Shown: one piece after another, positions 22,923 through 36,200 of the stretch
Layout of the letters: the number at the start of each line of letters is the position of its first letter
Numbering within the stretch: position 1 is the stretch's first letter
NCBI GenBank assembly: GCA_010909165.1
Contig: MU008165.1
Location: 1,612,001-1,676,000, forward strand
DNA: 64,000 nucleotides
Source of the DNA: Anthoceros angustus
Lineage: Eukaryota; Plantae; Anthocerotophyta
Reading direction: 5' to 3'
Notes under the pieces: generated by a model
The model's input: only the letters and a program-made list of their open reading frames with translations
The model's database searches: none
Told to the model about the DNA's origin: nothing
Program-made: the position numbers and the translations under genes

Positions 22923-25754
22923 TTAGTGGGCAGTGCCCTTGGTGGACACTAAAGGTATCAAGCATACACCAGCAGCAGAAGTGTGCTTCTCATGAGTGGG
23001 TTTAGAGAGTGCCTTTGTGAGGAGATCAGAAACATTGTCTCCAGTTGGCACATATGATACTGTTACCTCACCATTTTCTGCCGCTTGTCGAATGAAGTGG
23101 TGACTAATTTCAACATGTTTCGAACGTGCATGGAATACCGGGTTCTTGGTGAGTGCAATCGCTGACTGGTTGTCGCACCAGAGTGGTGTTGGACCAGTCT
23201 GTTGTTGTTGTAACCCCTTTAGGAAACTCCGGATCCGGATGATCTCCTTTGATGCCCGAGTCATGGCTGCATATTCGCCTCTGTTGAGGAAAGCGGGCAG
23301 TTGGTATCTTCTTGCTTGACCATGACACCGAGGTGCCCAAAAGTGCACACGCAGCCACACTTCGCCTCGGTTCGGATCTCACCGATCGGCATCACAATAT
23401 CTTTGTAAGGTTCGGCCACCATTAGACTTCCTAAAACGCAGCCCTTCCTTGCGTTCCCTTGAGATAGCGAAAATTCGCTTTTCAGGTCGTAGGTCCCGGT
23501 TTTCTAAGAATTGGCTTACAGCCCCATCGCCCTAGTAATGTCCATCCCGTCCAACTTGAAAGGTAGATGAGAGAGCCCACGGCTTGCCTATAAGGAGTGC
23601 CCATCATGGCTTGCTTCTCTTCTGGAGTTGTAGGACACTGTTCAAGGGACAGTTTTTCTCCTACTGCCATGGGGGTTGCCACAGGCTTTGCATCAAGCAT
23701 ATTAAAACGCTCAAGGAGTTGATGGACAAAGTGCTCTTGATGGATATCAATGGTGCTGTCGGCCTTGTTGAAATGGAACTGAACACCCAGGGAGAAGGTC
23801 AACTCGCCTAAATCAGTCATCTCAAACTTGGAAAGCAGAATCGCCTTGATCTTAGCCATCATCACAGGAGAATTGCTAAAGAGGAAGTTTTCATCCGCAT
23901 AAACCGTGAGTATCACAAACTCATCACCGTTCCAGAGAACGTACACACTCGTGTCAGCATCAAGACAAGTGAATCCGAGTTCTATGAGCAGCTTATGGAA
24001 TACCTCGTACCAAGCCCTAGAAGCCTGCTTGAAGCCATATAAGGTTTTAAGCAGTTTACAGACCTTATCCTCATCAATAGTAAAGCCTTCAGGCTGGCAC
24101 ATATAAATATCTTCCTCAAGCAGGCCATTCAGAAACGCTGTTTTCACATCCAACTGATGCACCAGAAGATTGTAATGGGAGGCTATGGCTAAGAGGATTC
24201 TTACTGACGTAGATTTAACAACTGGTGCAAAAGTTTCGTTATAATCAAGGCCAGGGATCTGGCTATAGCCTTTAGCAACCAAACGTGCTTTGTATCTTCC
24301 TACAGTGCCATCAGTATTGAGCTTTTTCTTGAAGACCCATTTGCACTCAACAGGTTTTCTACCTTTGGGAAGGTCAACAAGTTTCCAGGTTTGGTTTTTG
24401 ATGAGGGACTGATATTCAGAATCTATAGCAGCTTTCCAAAAAACGGATTCTGGTCCTTCTACAGCTTCCTTGTATGTAGCTGGTTCACCTAAGGAGGCTG
24501 AAACGCTAAGGGCTGCAGACATGCTAGGATCTGAAGTAAGGAGACCAGCTTGGAAAGGAGGTTCTTGCCACTCATGCATAGGTTTTCTGATGCAAGAGGA
24601 ACGTCTAAGGGGGACGATGTCGTCTGGATTAGTCTCAACAGTAGAGTTCTCAGGTTCAGATGTGTCTGACTCAACGAGTGCATCAGTGGTATGTTCAGGT
24701 TCAGACTCAACTTGGTTTGAAATACCTGAATCAGCTGAATCATCATCATGGCTACTGATAGTTGAGTGTTGGACAGGCTGAACGGGCTGCTGTGGAATGT
24801 TGCCAGTGGCCCCCTGGTAATCCGAAGAAGGAGGATCGTCGTCATCAAAAAAAGCTGACTTCGTCAGGCAGGACTGAATCGGTGTCCTCAATTCCATGTA
24901 TGGAAGCTGGTTGAGGATCTGCCTGAGGTTGTAAGGTAGCTAGATGGCGACGAAGAAGAGCTGCTTCATTAAAGATCACACTACGAGCAAGAGTGAGTTG
25001 TCTCAAGTAGGATCAAAGCTTATATCCCTTCACCTCATCAGAATATCCAACAAAGACATGTCGTGAGGCTCGGATCCAACTTTGAGCGTTGAGAAGGAGG
25101 CACCAAGGCATAAGCTGGGAACCAAAAATTGAGGTGTTGAACCCTTGGTTTCTTACCACCAACGTTCAAAAGGGATCTTCCCAAGCTCCTTGGTGGGAAG
25201 GCAGTTCGACATAGTTGGCGCCATCAAAGCTTCGCCCAATAACCACGGGTCAGTCCAGCAAAGGTGAGGGATGCCAAAGTAGCCTCTTGCAAGGTTCTGT
25301 TCTTCCTCTCAGAGAAAGCATTCTGCTGAGGTGTGTAGTGGACAGTGAGTTGATGCAGAATCCCTTCTTGTTCGCAAAAGGAGTTGAATGCATTGCTTGT
25401 GTACTCACCCCCATTGTCTGTTCGCAAAATCCGTACCTTGCAAGAAGTGCAGTGAGCAAATTTGACATATGATTTGAAACGATAAAGCCTCACTCTTATG
25501 ACGAAGGATGTATGTCATGCAAGATCTCGCTCCACTCATCGATGAAGGTGATGAAGTAGTTGCCTCCACCAAAAGAGCTAGTGGACATGGGACCACAAAT
25601 GTCACTGTGTATGGTGTGGAGCAGCGTGTCAGCTCTGCTAAGGTTCTCATCCTTGTATGGCAGACTATGGGCTTTGCTAAGTTGGCATGCTTCACAGAAA
25701 GCATCAGAATTAAAGGAAAAATCAAGAGGCTCTCTGTAGGTCTCACCTTTTATG
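22923..25754 (-). pseudogene. Copia pol 3' part: integrase, reverse transcriptase and RNase H, with small frameshifts
   Basis: FCEACQLSK, IHSDICGP, RTDNGGEY, PQQNAFSERKNRTL (INT). YKARLVAKGYSQ, HQLDVKTAFLNG, LYGFKQ (RT). LWCDNQSAI..NPVFHARSKHVEI (RH). Confidence 0.95.
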
Positions 25755-25785
25755 GGGTATAAGCATGGTTGGGTGCTCACTTTAG
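25755..25785 (+). repeat. Left TIR GGGTATAAGCATGGTTGGGTGCTCACTTTAG
   Basis: Inverted match to 48821-48852. Confidence 0.9.
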
Positions 25786-26518
25786 TTAGAAACGGTTGAA
25801 ACGCTCTTAATTTGTCCTCACGCAATGTTTACAATTATGAAAAATTCATTTCTTTTCCAATTTATCTGATTTTTTTTACATGTTATAGTCATGTCTATTT
25901 TTATCTAGGATTAAAATTTAATAAAGAATGGTATATTAAAATATGCTTTAAAAATTCAGGTGGTTTAAGGACAATGTCCCCACATAGGCCTTTTGCCGCT
26001 TCATTTCACGAACTCGTGGCCTGTGAACGGCCCGCCAACGCCTTCAAATGCTCCGAGTTTAATAATCAACATAGAATATCATTTTATGTGGTGCAGGGAT
26101 CGAGTACGTGCATACCGCTAGCCGGCAAATGACCTAGGTAATCAGAGCTCATCTTGAACTCGTAGGCTAGGTAATCGTGACAAGCTCCGGAGCTCAAACT
26201 TGAACTCTGGCCGGTAATCGTGACAAGCTCCGTGGCTACATGTGGAGGACGTGGTGGAAGGAGCGGATCGAGTTCGGACGGCGCTACAAGTTGCAAGTAG
26301 GTCGCTACCGGGTTGGTGGATAGTGCGGGCGGTGTCTTTGCTTCAAATCGGTGGATAGTGCCGTGGCGTTGGAGGTGGTGTCTGCAAACCCTTGGGCTGT
26401 TTTGGGACGGTGCTATGGCTCGGTCACCTTCCCAACAACGGAGTCGATGGGCGCAGCCAAACGCGCCGAACGGCGGAAGCACTAACGGTGAAGGTGCTTC
26501 ACGTGAAGTGGTGTCCGT

Positions 26519-29460
26519 GTGGGAAGAAGAAGGGGGATACATCCCGGAGGTGGACAGAGGCGGATGTTAGGAGTCACGCCTCCAGCGCCAAGGAGAGTAG
26601 GGAGGATGCTCCTTCCGGGAGAGTTGAAGGAGAGGCGTCAAAACATCAACAGCCCGTGTGCGAAGCATAGAGAGCGGCGGCTCTTGCCCACCGTATTAGG
26701 GAATGCTCGGCGAACAAGAAGTGGCTCGACACTAGCCAATCGCTTTTATGCCTTACGCATACACGGCAGAAAGTCGAGAGACATCTTGGAGGTGTTTAGT
26801 CACCTACCACTTCTCAAGTTGTATAGGCCGGGCTACAAAGGATGCAAAGAGATCCAACTAGGAGCATTGTTGTTGAAGAATGTGCGTGAGGCTTGCACAA
26901 ACTTGAAGGCGTTCAAGTTGGAGACCATTTGCGAGCAAGGAACACCTGCTCAACGTCATTTTATCTCAAGATCTCCAAGACAATCACCTTGTTGCTACGC
27001 TTTCCCACCACATTGGAGTCGCAGGAGGCGATCCATCGAGCCTAAGCACAAGGCGGGGAGGGCATGCCTCGCGATGATCCGGTTGGGTGATGGAAGGAGA
27101 TCAAGATCGATATCCTTTCGCCACATGTTAAGGCCACCATCGTCCACTTTTGGGAATCGACTTCCGTCCTTCATCCAACACAAAAGATACCAAGCGGTTG
27201 CGAATAGCAAAACGTTCATCAAACATATCACGCACTTTCTGGACATGTCACAGGTATGTGTGGAATTGTCTGACTTGCTAGGTTTCGAGATTTGTGTCTA
27301 GGTTGTTGCTGATCTCAAGGATGTGTCTTGGGTCCTTCTAACCTGCTTGTGTTTCCCTTCCTCATACAACCGTAGGGTGTCTTCCTATTGGGCAACTAAG
27401 TGGTGACCGCTATGCCGCCAAACAGAGGCACTGAACCGAGTGTGTTACATGTTTGTGTTACGCCACCGGGACCCAAGCTTGCATGTTTGACCCCAATGTC
27501 CTATGCTCACATATGATCTGCGACTCCATGTGGCCTCCATTGTGGGTTTGGTGTTGCTTTTACCACAGGTTTCTTAGGTGATTGGTGTGTTCTTCGTGAC
27601 ATGTGCACGGAGTTCTACCTTCGCCACAAGAACACCGGAAATACAAGTTGGGCAACGGTCATTCGAGAAGTTGAAGCCGTTCTTTGTTAAGAGCTTGCAA
27701 GAGCGCAATCTCTGCTTCATCGGTACCATGTGGAAATGGCGTTCCTTAAAGATGCCTTCAATAACCTCCGGCACAGCCTGTGGTTCACCCGTGGCGATGT
27801 CATTGTTCCCCTGTGTGTGCTCATCCTTTTGGCTCAAGAGCTTCATTGTAACGCCTCCACTTGTTTGGCTTCTTGAGGACACTATGTGAGCGTGTTCTTT
27901 GTGCAAAGGGTGAGGATCTGGCATTCCCCGGCATGCTTGCTAGGAACATGTGATGTGTGGTGTCAACACACTTCCTTCCGCCTTCGAGACATGTTTGGAT
28001 ATTCGCAAATCTTTGTTCTTAAGTGGCTATTTTTCAATATCGTAGTCGGAAAGGATCGATGGCAACGACAAGAAAAGGATCAAACTAGTGTTTAGGAAAC
28101 ACATCCTTCCGTGTTTGTGGAGTATCCGAAGGTAAGGTGAAGGAGTTTCATTTCATGATTATATCCAAATGGCGGGATAGAGTTCGGACATTGTCTCGAA
28201 TGGTTCCCAGGATGTTGTGGTTTCGATGCTCGATTTTGCTCGAACTATGCATTTGGGGTCCGAATGAGATTCAATCCATGCAATGGCGACGGTTACTATT
28301 TTGGTGTTGGTTTTCTGCGCAATGGCCTGTTGATGCGAGGACCACGGCGCATCAATTGAGAAGTACTATCACTTTTATATTAGCGATGACATGGTCCATG
28401 ACACTCTATTTGTGCAACCTTTGTTTGCTAAAGCGATTGGCGATGGATGCGGATTCCCTCAACCTCGAGAACACGGTGCTGGTCGGATGGGGCGCTAGCC
28501 AATTCAAAGCGTGTCGACCTAGCTACTTCATTGCTCGGTATCCTAGCATCACGGTGGGTGCAACATGCTTTGGTCTTATTTTGGAAGTGGGCACGGGAAG
28601 GGGAGCACGATGGTGCAGTGCCATCTTGAGCGTGCTCTGCGGCTGCAGTCGTCCCCTCACTGGCGGGATGGAAAATGCTGCGAGATGTGGTGGAGTACTG
28701 CGGCAAAACATCTCCGCAACCAGCTCTTATGCAAGTGCTTGATCATGTTCACCGAAGTTTTGGCTCATTGGAAAGACAGAGGTAAACCGAAACAAATTTG
28801 GTTGTGACCCCATACGGATCCAAGCAAATGCACGGCATATGGTTGTGACATGCATGACCCCACGCAATTGCGAATGCGGAGCCTTGCATGTTTCGCGAGT
28901 GTATGGAGAGCAACCATTCGGTGTGAAATGGTGCCTCATCGGCTTTTGGAGGTCGTCGAATCACACCTCATGGACAGTGCGGCCCCGACAAACACGACAA
29001 GCGGTTGACCAGCAAGTCCGCAGCGATGATTGCGATCGTGCACTTCCAACAATTGAAGCGGTGAGGATGATGATGTTAATGATGTCTCGAGATGGCGAGA
29101 TATCTTGGAAGTTGGAGATAACTTCCTTGTCTTGCACCTGCGGATGAAGGGCTGGATTTTTACCTGTTGACTTGCACTAAGGCCAAGCACACGTTCGAGT
29201 CTCGGTATTGCCCTTGGAGTAAAAGAGAATTCCAGTGGGAGGAGGTGGTTGTCGGACAATACTATATGTTGGAAAAGCATTTTGCCCGAGTCTGTATAGC
29301 TTGCCTTGGGATCCGGAGGAATGCATTTTGCCAGCTCAAATTGTTCGACATGCAAGTTCACAATGGCACCACATGGGCACGATGGAGAAGTCCATATAGG
29401 CTAACCAGCCCGGAACAAGTCACGCCTATGTCTATGAAAGCGAGGAAGGTGAGTACTCTT
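26519..29460 (+). pseudogene. Intron-containing Sola2-like transposase, frameshifted as assembled (boundaries approximate)
   Basis: Motifs across frames: RPSSNTKDTKRLRI..HFLDMSQ|gt; PEIQVGQRSFEKLKPFFVK; DFA(E)NYAF ~28232; NEIQSMQW ~28263; FYISDDMVHDT ~28373; WSDG(C)ASQFK ~28480; WSYFGSGHGKG(E)HDGA ~28571. Most breaks are single-base deletions. Confidence 0.82.
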
Positions 29461-29498
29461 ACCGGGAAGGCAGTTACGGTGGTTCATGATCAATCATG

Positions 29499-30040
29499 GT
29501 CTTGAGATGAGCACAACCCGATTCGATCAACACTGTCTGCGAGGAGGACAACGAATTAATGCAAGTGTCGTGCCCGATGATGTTATTTTCACATTGTTTG
29601 AGCTGCGTTTATCGATCTATGTTGTCACCTGCTTCGGGTGCCGAGTTTACTAGACTATGTTGTCACATGCAAGGTCAGGTACCGCCACAACATGTTTTGG
29701 CTCAAGACTTGTGACCCAAATTCGTGCTATAACGCCGTTTTTTTGATATATGTTTCGTTGCCACGATAGATCATGTTCATTCTGCGTCTTGAGATGAGCA
29801 CAACCCGATTGGATGAACACTCATCGCGAGGAGGACAACGAATTAATGCAAGCCGCCGTGCCCCAAGGTTTCTATTTTCACATTGCTCCGGGCCGCGTTT
29901 TCGAGATCGCTATGTTGTCACCTGCTTCGGGTGCCGAGTTTACTAGACTATGTTGTCACATCGCAGATTTGGCGGGTTCACAAAATGTTTTTGGCTCAAG
30001 ACTTGTGACCCAAATTCGTGCTATAACGCTGCTTTGTGAC
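29499..30040. repeat. 287-bp local direct repeat, 2 copies (also present in copy B near 39407-39870)
   Basis: GTCTTGAGATGAGCACAACCCGATT at 29499 and 29786. Confidence 0.85.
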
Positions 30041-30095
30041 ATCTGCCGCTGCCCTAATAGATGTGCGGGAGTGGGAGCTCAAGTTTGATAAAACT

Positions 30096-30589
30096 ATGGT
30101 ATGTGGGTATGTGGGTATGTGGGTATGTGGTATGTGGGTATGTGGGATGTGGGGATGTGGGGATGTGGGATGGGATGTGGGATGTGGGATGTGGGATGTG
30201 GGGATGTGGGATGGGGATGGGGATGGGGATGGGATGTGGGATGATGGGATGTGGGATGTGGGATGTGGGGATGTGGGTATGTGGGTATGTGGGTATGGGA
30301 TGGGGATGTGGGATGGGGATGGGGGGGGATGTGGTATGTGGATGGGATGTGGGATGGGATGTGGATGTGGGATGTGGGTATGATGTGGGGATGTGGGATG
30401 TGGGGATGTGGGATGTGGGATGTGGGATGTGGGATGTGGGATGGGGATGGGGATGTGGGATGGGGATGGGGATGTGGGGATGTGGGATGTGATGGGATGG
30501 GGATGTGGGATGGGGATGTGGTGGATGTGGGATGTGGGATGTGGGGATGCGGTGGGATGTGGGATGGGGATGTGGGATGGGGATGTGGG
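30096..30589. repeat. G-rich (GGGATGT/GGGGATGT/GGGTATGT)n simple repeat, copy A
   Basis: Directly visible, about 0.5 kb. Confidence 0.95.
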
Positions 30590-32259
30590 CTTGTTAGGTT
30601 ACTCCGAGACGCGCCGCTTTCTCACAATCCTTCTTACCGCTTATTTTGGCCAGGAGTCCGTGAGTGCGGCGTTGTTAGTGCGGTGCGGCGGCGGTGAGTG
30701 GACTCTTCATTCACACCGTGGCCGGGGCGTGGAGGGTCCATGGCAAACCAAACTGGGAGTTGGAGGGAGACGTGGGCCGAAGTGTCTACTCACCTTCCGC
30801 CCCTGCATCAAGACGTTGAATGTGAGGAGGATGCTTTTCATTCGCCACGCTTGTGCTTGATGAGGATAACGCAGTTCGTAAGGACCGCACGGGCAGCGTG
30901 CATGTTGTGATTCCGCTCCGGTTGGAATGTCAAGCTTGTATCCTTTGGATCTTTCAAAGCACGATCCACTTGGGAGTTGGGGTATCACTGGATGTAGGAA
31001 TGCTAATGAAGGCACGTTAGAATTTGCTAAGGCCCGGCGGGGTGCAGGATCCGAGCATGCTTGAGGCCGAGTGGTGGGTGTCGTGGCGCATAAGCCGCAC
31101 GGCTATGTGCAAATTCAAGTTGGAGCATGACATTCAAGGTTACTAGCTTCGGAGCTTCAAGGTGCAAAAGGAGTTCTGGACAAAATTCAAACATTGGTCA
31201 CATCAAAACGAGACAATGCTTTATGACTCGGGAGGCTGGGTGACTTGGGCAACCACGACCAGCAAGAGGTTGATTGTCCACATGTTGAAGGTTCTAACGG
31301 CAATAACAAATAGGTTTGAAAACCTGAAAGAGGACGCCCAGGCGGGTGGTAAGCAGTACCACCCCCAGTGGTTTCAAGTTCATGTGTTGTCCTTGAAGAC
31401 AGCCGCAACACTGCTTGCTGAGAAGTTGTAGTGGGCTATAGCAAGCATGAAGCCGGCGTTAAGAACTTTGTGGATGTGTTTCAGACATTGCTTCCTCGCC
31501 ATCGCTCACCGGCTTGTTGTGAAATTCTTTATCTCTCTAAATGGCCCTAGTTTTCCCATTTTCAATCATTGCAAACAAAGCACTCCATGCACTCTTCGCC
31601 GTTTCGGACTCTTGGTCACGTTGGCCTCAAATCTTTGGTCCCCTATGCCGGGTTCGATGTCGTTGAAAGGATCGAGGTCGAATTTTCAAAATCTATCGCT
31701 GATTGGCCATCCAGCCTTGCTTTCCTTACACTTGGGCATGTTCTAAAAGTAATCATGTCACCCACCCCTTCGGGCCTTATGCACACGAGTGGCCTCCTGC
31801 ATTGGCAATTTAAAGCCGGCAAGCACTTCGTAGACCACGCAAGCTAGCCCGCCTTTGTCCTTTGTGGAGATACGGCGGACTTCGCTCTTGTATGCAATGG
31901 AAGCGCACTTGGAGGAGTGGTTGGTGTGGGGAGGGACATGGAATCTTCAAGCCGGATTAGGCAAGCTGGCCAGGCACCCTCTTGCCGGAGGTGAGTATCA
32001 CCATTTGTCAATGACAGAAAGTCAGCTAGTCACCTTGGCCGCACACTACTTGCATCGAATGGAACGGGCCAAGGCACGCCAGCGCTACTGGAAGAAGGTC
32101 CGAGATCAGTGTGTGGCCCCATATGCCAGGCCTTCCACTGCCGCCAGGCACGCTGCTGCACATCATGGAGGTGGTCGGGTTGACGGCGAAGGCACCGATC
32201 TGCACAGTTTCCGGCAGGGGGACTCAAGCGAGGAGGACACTGGCGATGTGATAGATTGA
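30590..32259 (+). pseudogene. Cargo ORF 1, unknown protein, frameshifted (second copy about 40610-42180)
   Basis: Protein-like segments occur in both copies: ECGVVSA, SMANQTGSWRETWAEVSTH, RLCLMRITQF, KEFWTKFKHW, FQVHVLSLK, EEWLVWGGTWNLQAGLGKLARHPL. Confidence 0.5.
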
Positions 32260-32299
32260 GGGCGCCACCCGAGGTCGGGCAACAAGTTCCTTCCGTCCT

Positions 32300-33122
32300 G
32301 GCTGGCTCTGCACATCCACGACACTAGATAGGTTGTGTGACAATGGGTGGATGGCGGAGCGATCCCTTGATGCTTATTTTGTGGCATTGTACATTACATC
32401 GACTTTGGGCCACGAGGGTGGCGTGTGAAATGTGGTGTGGCATATTTTGGATCTTTGGTTTCATGTTAAAGCGGTTCGCAGAGCCGCCTTGTTGTGTTCA
32501 TTCCCACAAAATGTCTACATGGCCGTGTGTCTTAAACTAATCGGTGTCATTGGAATTGTATATGTGTCCGCCACGAGCATTGAATCTGGATCGACTCGAG
32601 CATTGTGTGAGACCATCCGAGGCCCTCTTTTCTCGAATCTGGGTTTGCTCGTAATTGAGCAATTACAACCGGTAGCTTCCTCCCAACGCTTGCTAAGAAC
32701 TACAAACGGAGAATTGCTTCACAGGACCCACAAAAACCGGTGCATTCTCCCACAAGTAACATGATTGTCAAAAGTGCAAGGATTCACATCTATGCCAATT
32801 ATGGATGCTTGCACATTAATGTCCATCCACGATCCTACACGTCTACAAGCCTTGACAAAAAGTGACCACCGTGGACTAAGAACAAAGCAAGCCCATGTAT
32901 ATTTTGCAGCAGGACCCCTCCCTTTACGCTATGTCGCCACAACTTGATCCAACCATGTTCTATATCCAGCAGAGCCAAGAAGTCGCGAGTGTTCTTGTTC
33001 TTCTCATTGGCCCCGGAATAGCTACCATTGGAAACTTCGTGGTCGATGGGCTTCAAGCATTATTGGGTCACCACGTGGCCTCGAATCCGAGTGGTAGGCA
33101 CTTTGTGAGGCACCGCTCATAG
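32300..33122 (+). pseudogene. Cargo ORF 2, unknown protein fragments (second copy about 42240-43030)
   Basis: VWHILDLWFHVKA, SKVQGFTSMPIMDACTL and DPTMFYIQQ read in both copies. Confidence 0.35.
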
Positions 33123-33239
33123 TAGTAACCTTTTCACAACCTTTTCACCGAAAAATCTCACCACCCCCACCGGATCTTGTACTAATGTGACCATGGGCTC
33201 AGGCAACGCAATACATACCAGAACTTTCTCTTTATTACT

Positions 33240-36200
33240 GTGCCTCGAACGCACCATGAAGTTATCTCACACACAGTGACGCACCAAATTCCAAACCCGG
33301 TTGTTCCACCATGGCACTTTGTGAAGCTTTCTTGGGACGCCTGGTCTCCGGACTTGGAGGCACCCTTCCGCTTTCAAGTTCACGAGTCTCGCCCGCTTGC
33401 CTTTTCTACGCAAAGATCGCCGTCCACCGGATACCTCCACCACTTGTGCACGATGCTTGAAGTGGCGATTTCTCCGCATCCTTATGAATGACAATAGCCA
33501 CTACTCTGGTTCGACACATAGTGGCTTCACCAGAGAATCGGCCATTGGAACACCAAAGACAAGTGGCCACATCCATACCACCGCAAAGCCACGCCATAGT
33601 GGTCACGCCCTCCCCATCCTTGCTGGGCACCTCCACCTCATCTTCCGCTGCATCCGTGGTCACTTCCACAGAGGCACAAGTTCTACAGTTGCGTGTTCGT
33701 CGCACAAGTGGTGTCATTCTTGTGACGAGTTTCATCATCATGCACAAGGTGGGTGTCCACCGCACGACCGAGTCTCGTAGAAAACTGGTATCCTCCCCAT
33801 CGGTATCCTCTTCCACCGCTCGGTATCCTCTTCCACCGCCGCATGCGATCTTCAACACACCGAGTTGTAGGTGGCCTTGTTGGAGCCGACCACACATGGG
33901 TGCCCACCTTGTGGCACCACCAATCGACCCATGTCGTTGAGTGGAATAAAACTGGGGCCAAGAACAAGAAGTCGCCACGTGAGAGGCATCTGCATCAACC
34001 AAAGGAGCCAACCCCAAACATGACACTGGATCGCCACATGAGTGGGCCAAATACCGCGCCACACCGCACGTAGTACGTGCCTCACCAGTGACTCAACTGG
34101 TTTGAGACACGGGACCACCAGATCTGGCGATTCCATGACATAGTTGTGCATTGGCCAACAGGCGAATCGAATCGGCCGCTTTGGGATAGGTGGCCGCCCA
34201 CGTGGTGGTGTGATCAACGCCTCAAGACCGCGAGGACAAGCAGCACCTACTATATGTGCCTAGGGACAAGCGATTAGCACAAAGGTCAGATATAGCTTTT
34301 CCATGCAAAGCAACAACCTTAGAGCACTACTAACTGTGAGACTCATGAACCGCCTTCTTATGTGAGTCACCAGGCACTATCCTGCAGACCATCCCCAACA
34401 ATTCTTCCAAACGGTGCTCCATGATGTGGAATTCTTGCAGTATGATAATGCTCGCCCACTCCTCGGTCACGCTTCCTGCATCCGTTGGACTCCACTAGTG
34501 AATGGCCAACCCTTGGCCTGCAACCACCGTGCCGGGACTTGAAGAGAACAAGCAGGATTGGGGCAGTCACCGACCAAAGATAGAGGCATACATGGAAAAT
34601 AAAGGCCCACAAGGGAGGAAAACAAAGTCATAGCATCCGAATCCCTACATAGCACCACAAAACCAATTGCGCTTAGATGCATGGAATAGATCTCGACACA
34701 AAACAAGGCATGCATACGGAAGTACCGTGCACACGCAGACTTCGTGATCCGGAGGGCTACATTCGCTAGTGTAAGAAGGGCTGGAATCCATTGAGGAGTC
34801 CTTTCTTTCTTGAGCGTCAAGCTATGTATGCGCCAAAGGCATCATGTAAATCCTCCGCGGATTAGCCTGGGAGGGCGCCACGCTTTTGTTGTTGGCTCTC
34901 AGATTGTCCGCCGCCTCCTTGCACGCAATTGCGCCTGGACACGAGCAACATGTGCATCTTCTACCTGCAAAGGACATAATTAGGTCGCTCGTGTGAGTAT
35001 GAAGTTGATGACTGCTCCACATAACCGCACCTCCTTGTTATAGCATTGCGCCAAGGGCGCGCCTGTGAGCTCCCCTAGAGCAATTTTTGCCGCAAGGTTG
35101 CTTGTCTCCTCGCTTGCAATCACCGACAGCCGGGTCTCTTGCGACAAGGAGATGAGGTCTTCCACCGATGCTTTTGATCTTTGTGTGCAACTCTAGTATC
35201 CCACTACACACGAAAACAAGTGTGCACACGACAACTTGAGGAAATGCTAACATGTCCACCATGCCACCCAAGAAGACAAGATGAGAAAGTGCCCACAGGT
35301 CCAAAATGTGACAGAATGCCAAGATGAATAGCTGCACATGTGTCCACAATGTCACATAATAACAATGGCATCGAATTGTAAAGATGTCCATGACAACATG
35401 ACGGCAGGAGAAATGCCCAGTGCACAACGTGACATGATGACGATGAACAAATGCCCAGTGCACAACGTGACATGATGAGCATGAACAAATGCCCACAAGT
35501 GCACAAAGTGACATGATGACAAGATGAACAATTGCCCACGGCACAACGTGAGATGATGATGATGAACAGAGGCCTACAGTGCACAACGTGACATGATGAC
35601 ATGAACAGATGCCTACAGTGCACAACGTGACACGATGACGATGAATATGCTGTGCACAACGTGATAATGACAAGATGAACAAATGCTTACAGTGCAACGC
35701 ATGATGACGATGAACAAATGTATTACTTCCACCTGAATACACGACGATCAAGAACCGCACACTCCAAGACACGTATCACCACCCGCCATGCATGACGGAT
35801 CGCACAAGGACGACGACATGACAAGCATACACTACATGCATACATGACGACATGACAAGACACCACTAGGTGTTGATGTGCCTGTGGCCCCCGCCAACCG
35901 CACGGATAGATGTCGGAATGCCCATGAGGCCCCTCTCCCTCCCTCCCCTCCGTGAAGAATCCTCACAATTGAGCTACCGCAAGAGTCTCTCGAATCCAGA
36001 AAACACCAAGCTCACACAAAAAGACGCTAGCAAGGTAAGTGAACTTTACAAGACCGAGGCTAAGTCAAAACCAGCAAAGAACTTGTCAAGCTTGTTGCTC
36101 CCTCTATGCAATCAATAAGAGCAAGCTCACATAAATCAAGCTCAAACTTAAACGTGATGGAAAAACCGTGAACAAACCCTTCCAAATGAGCGTTGGGCTC

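Noticed and set aside
30036-30860. Gly/Cys/Trp/Met-rich ORFs (also 39832-40839), or telomeric repeat
   Set aside because: These are translations of the GGGATGT simple repeat, which is not TTTAGGG.
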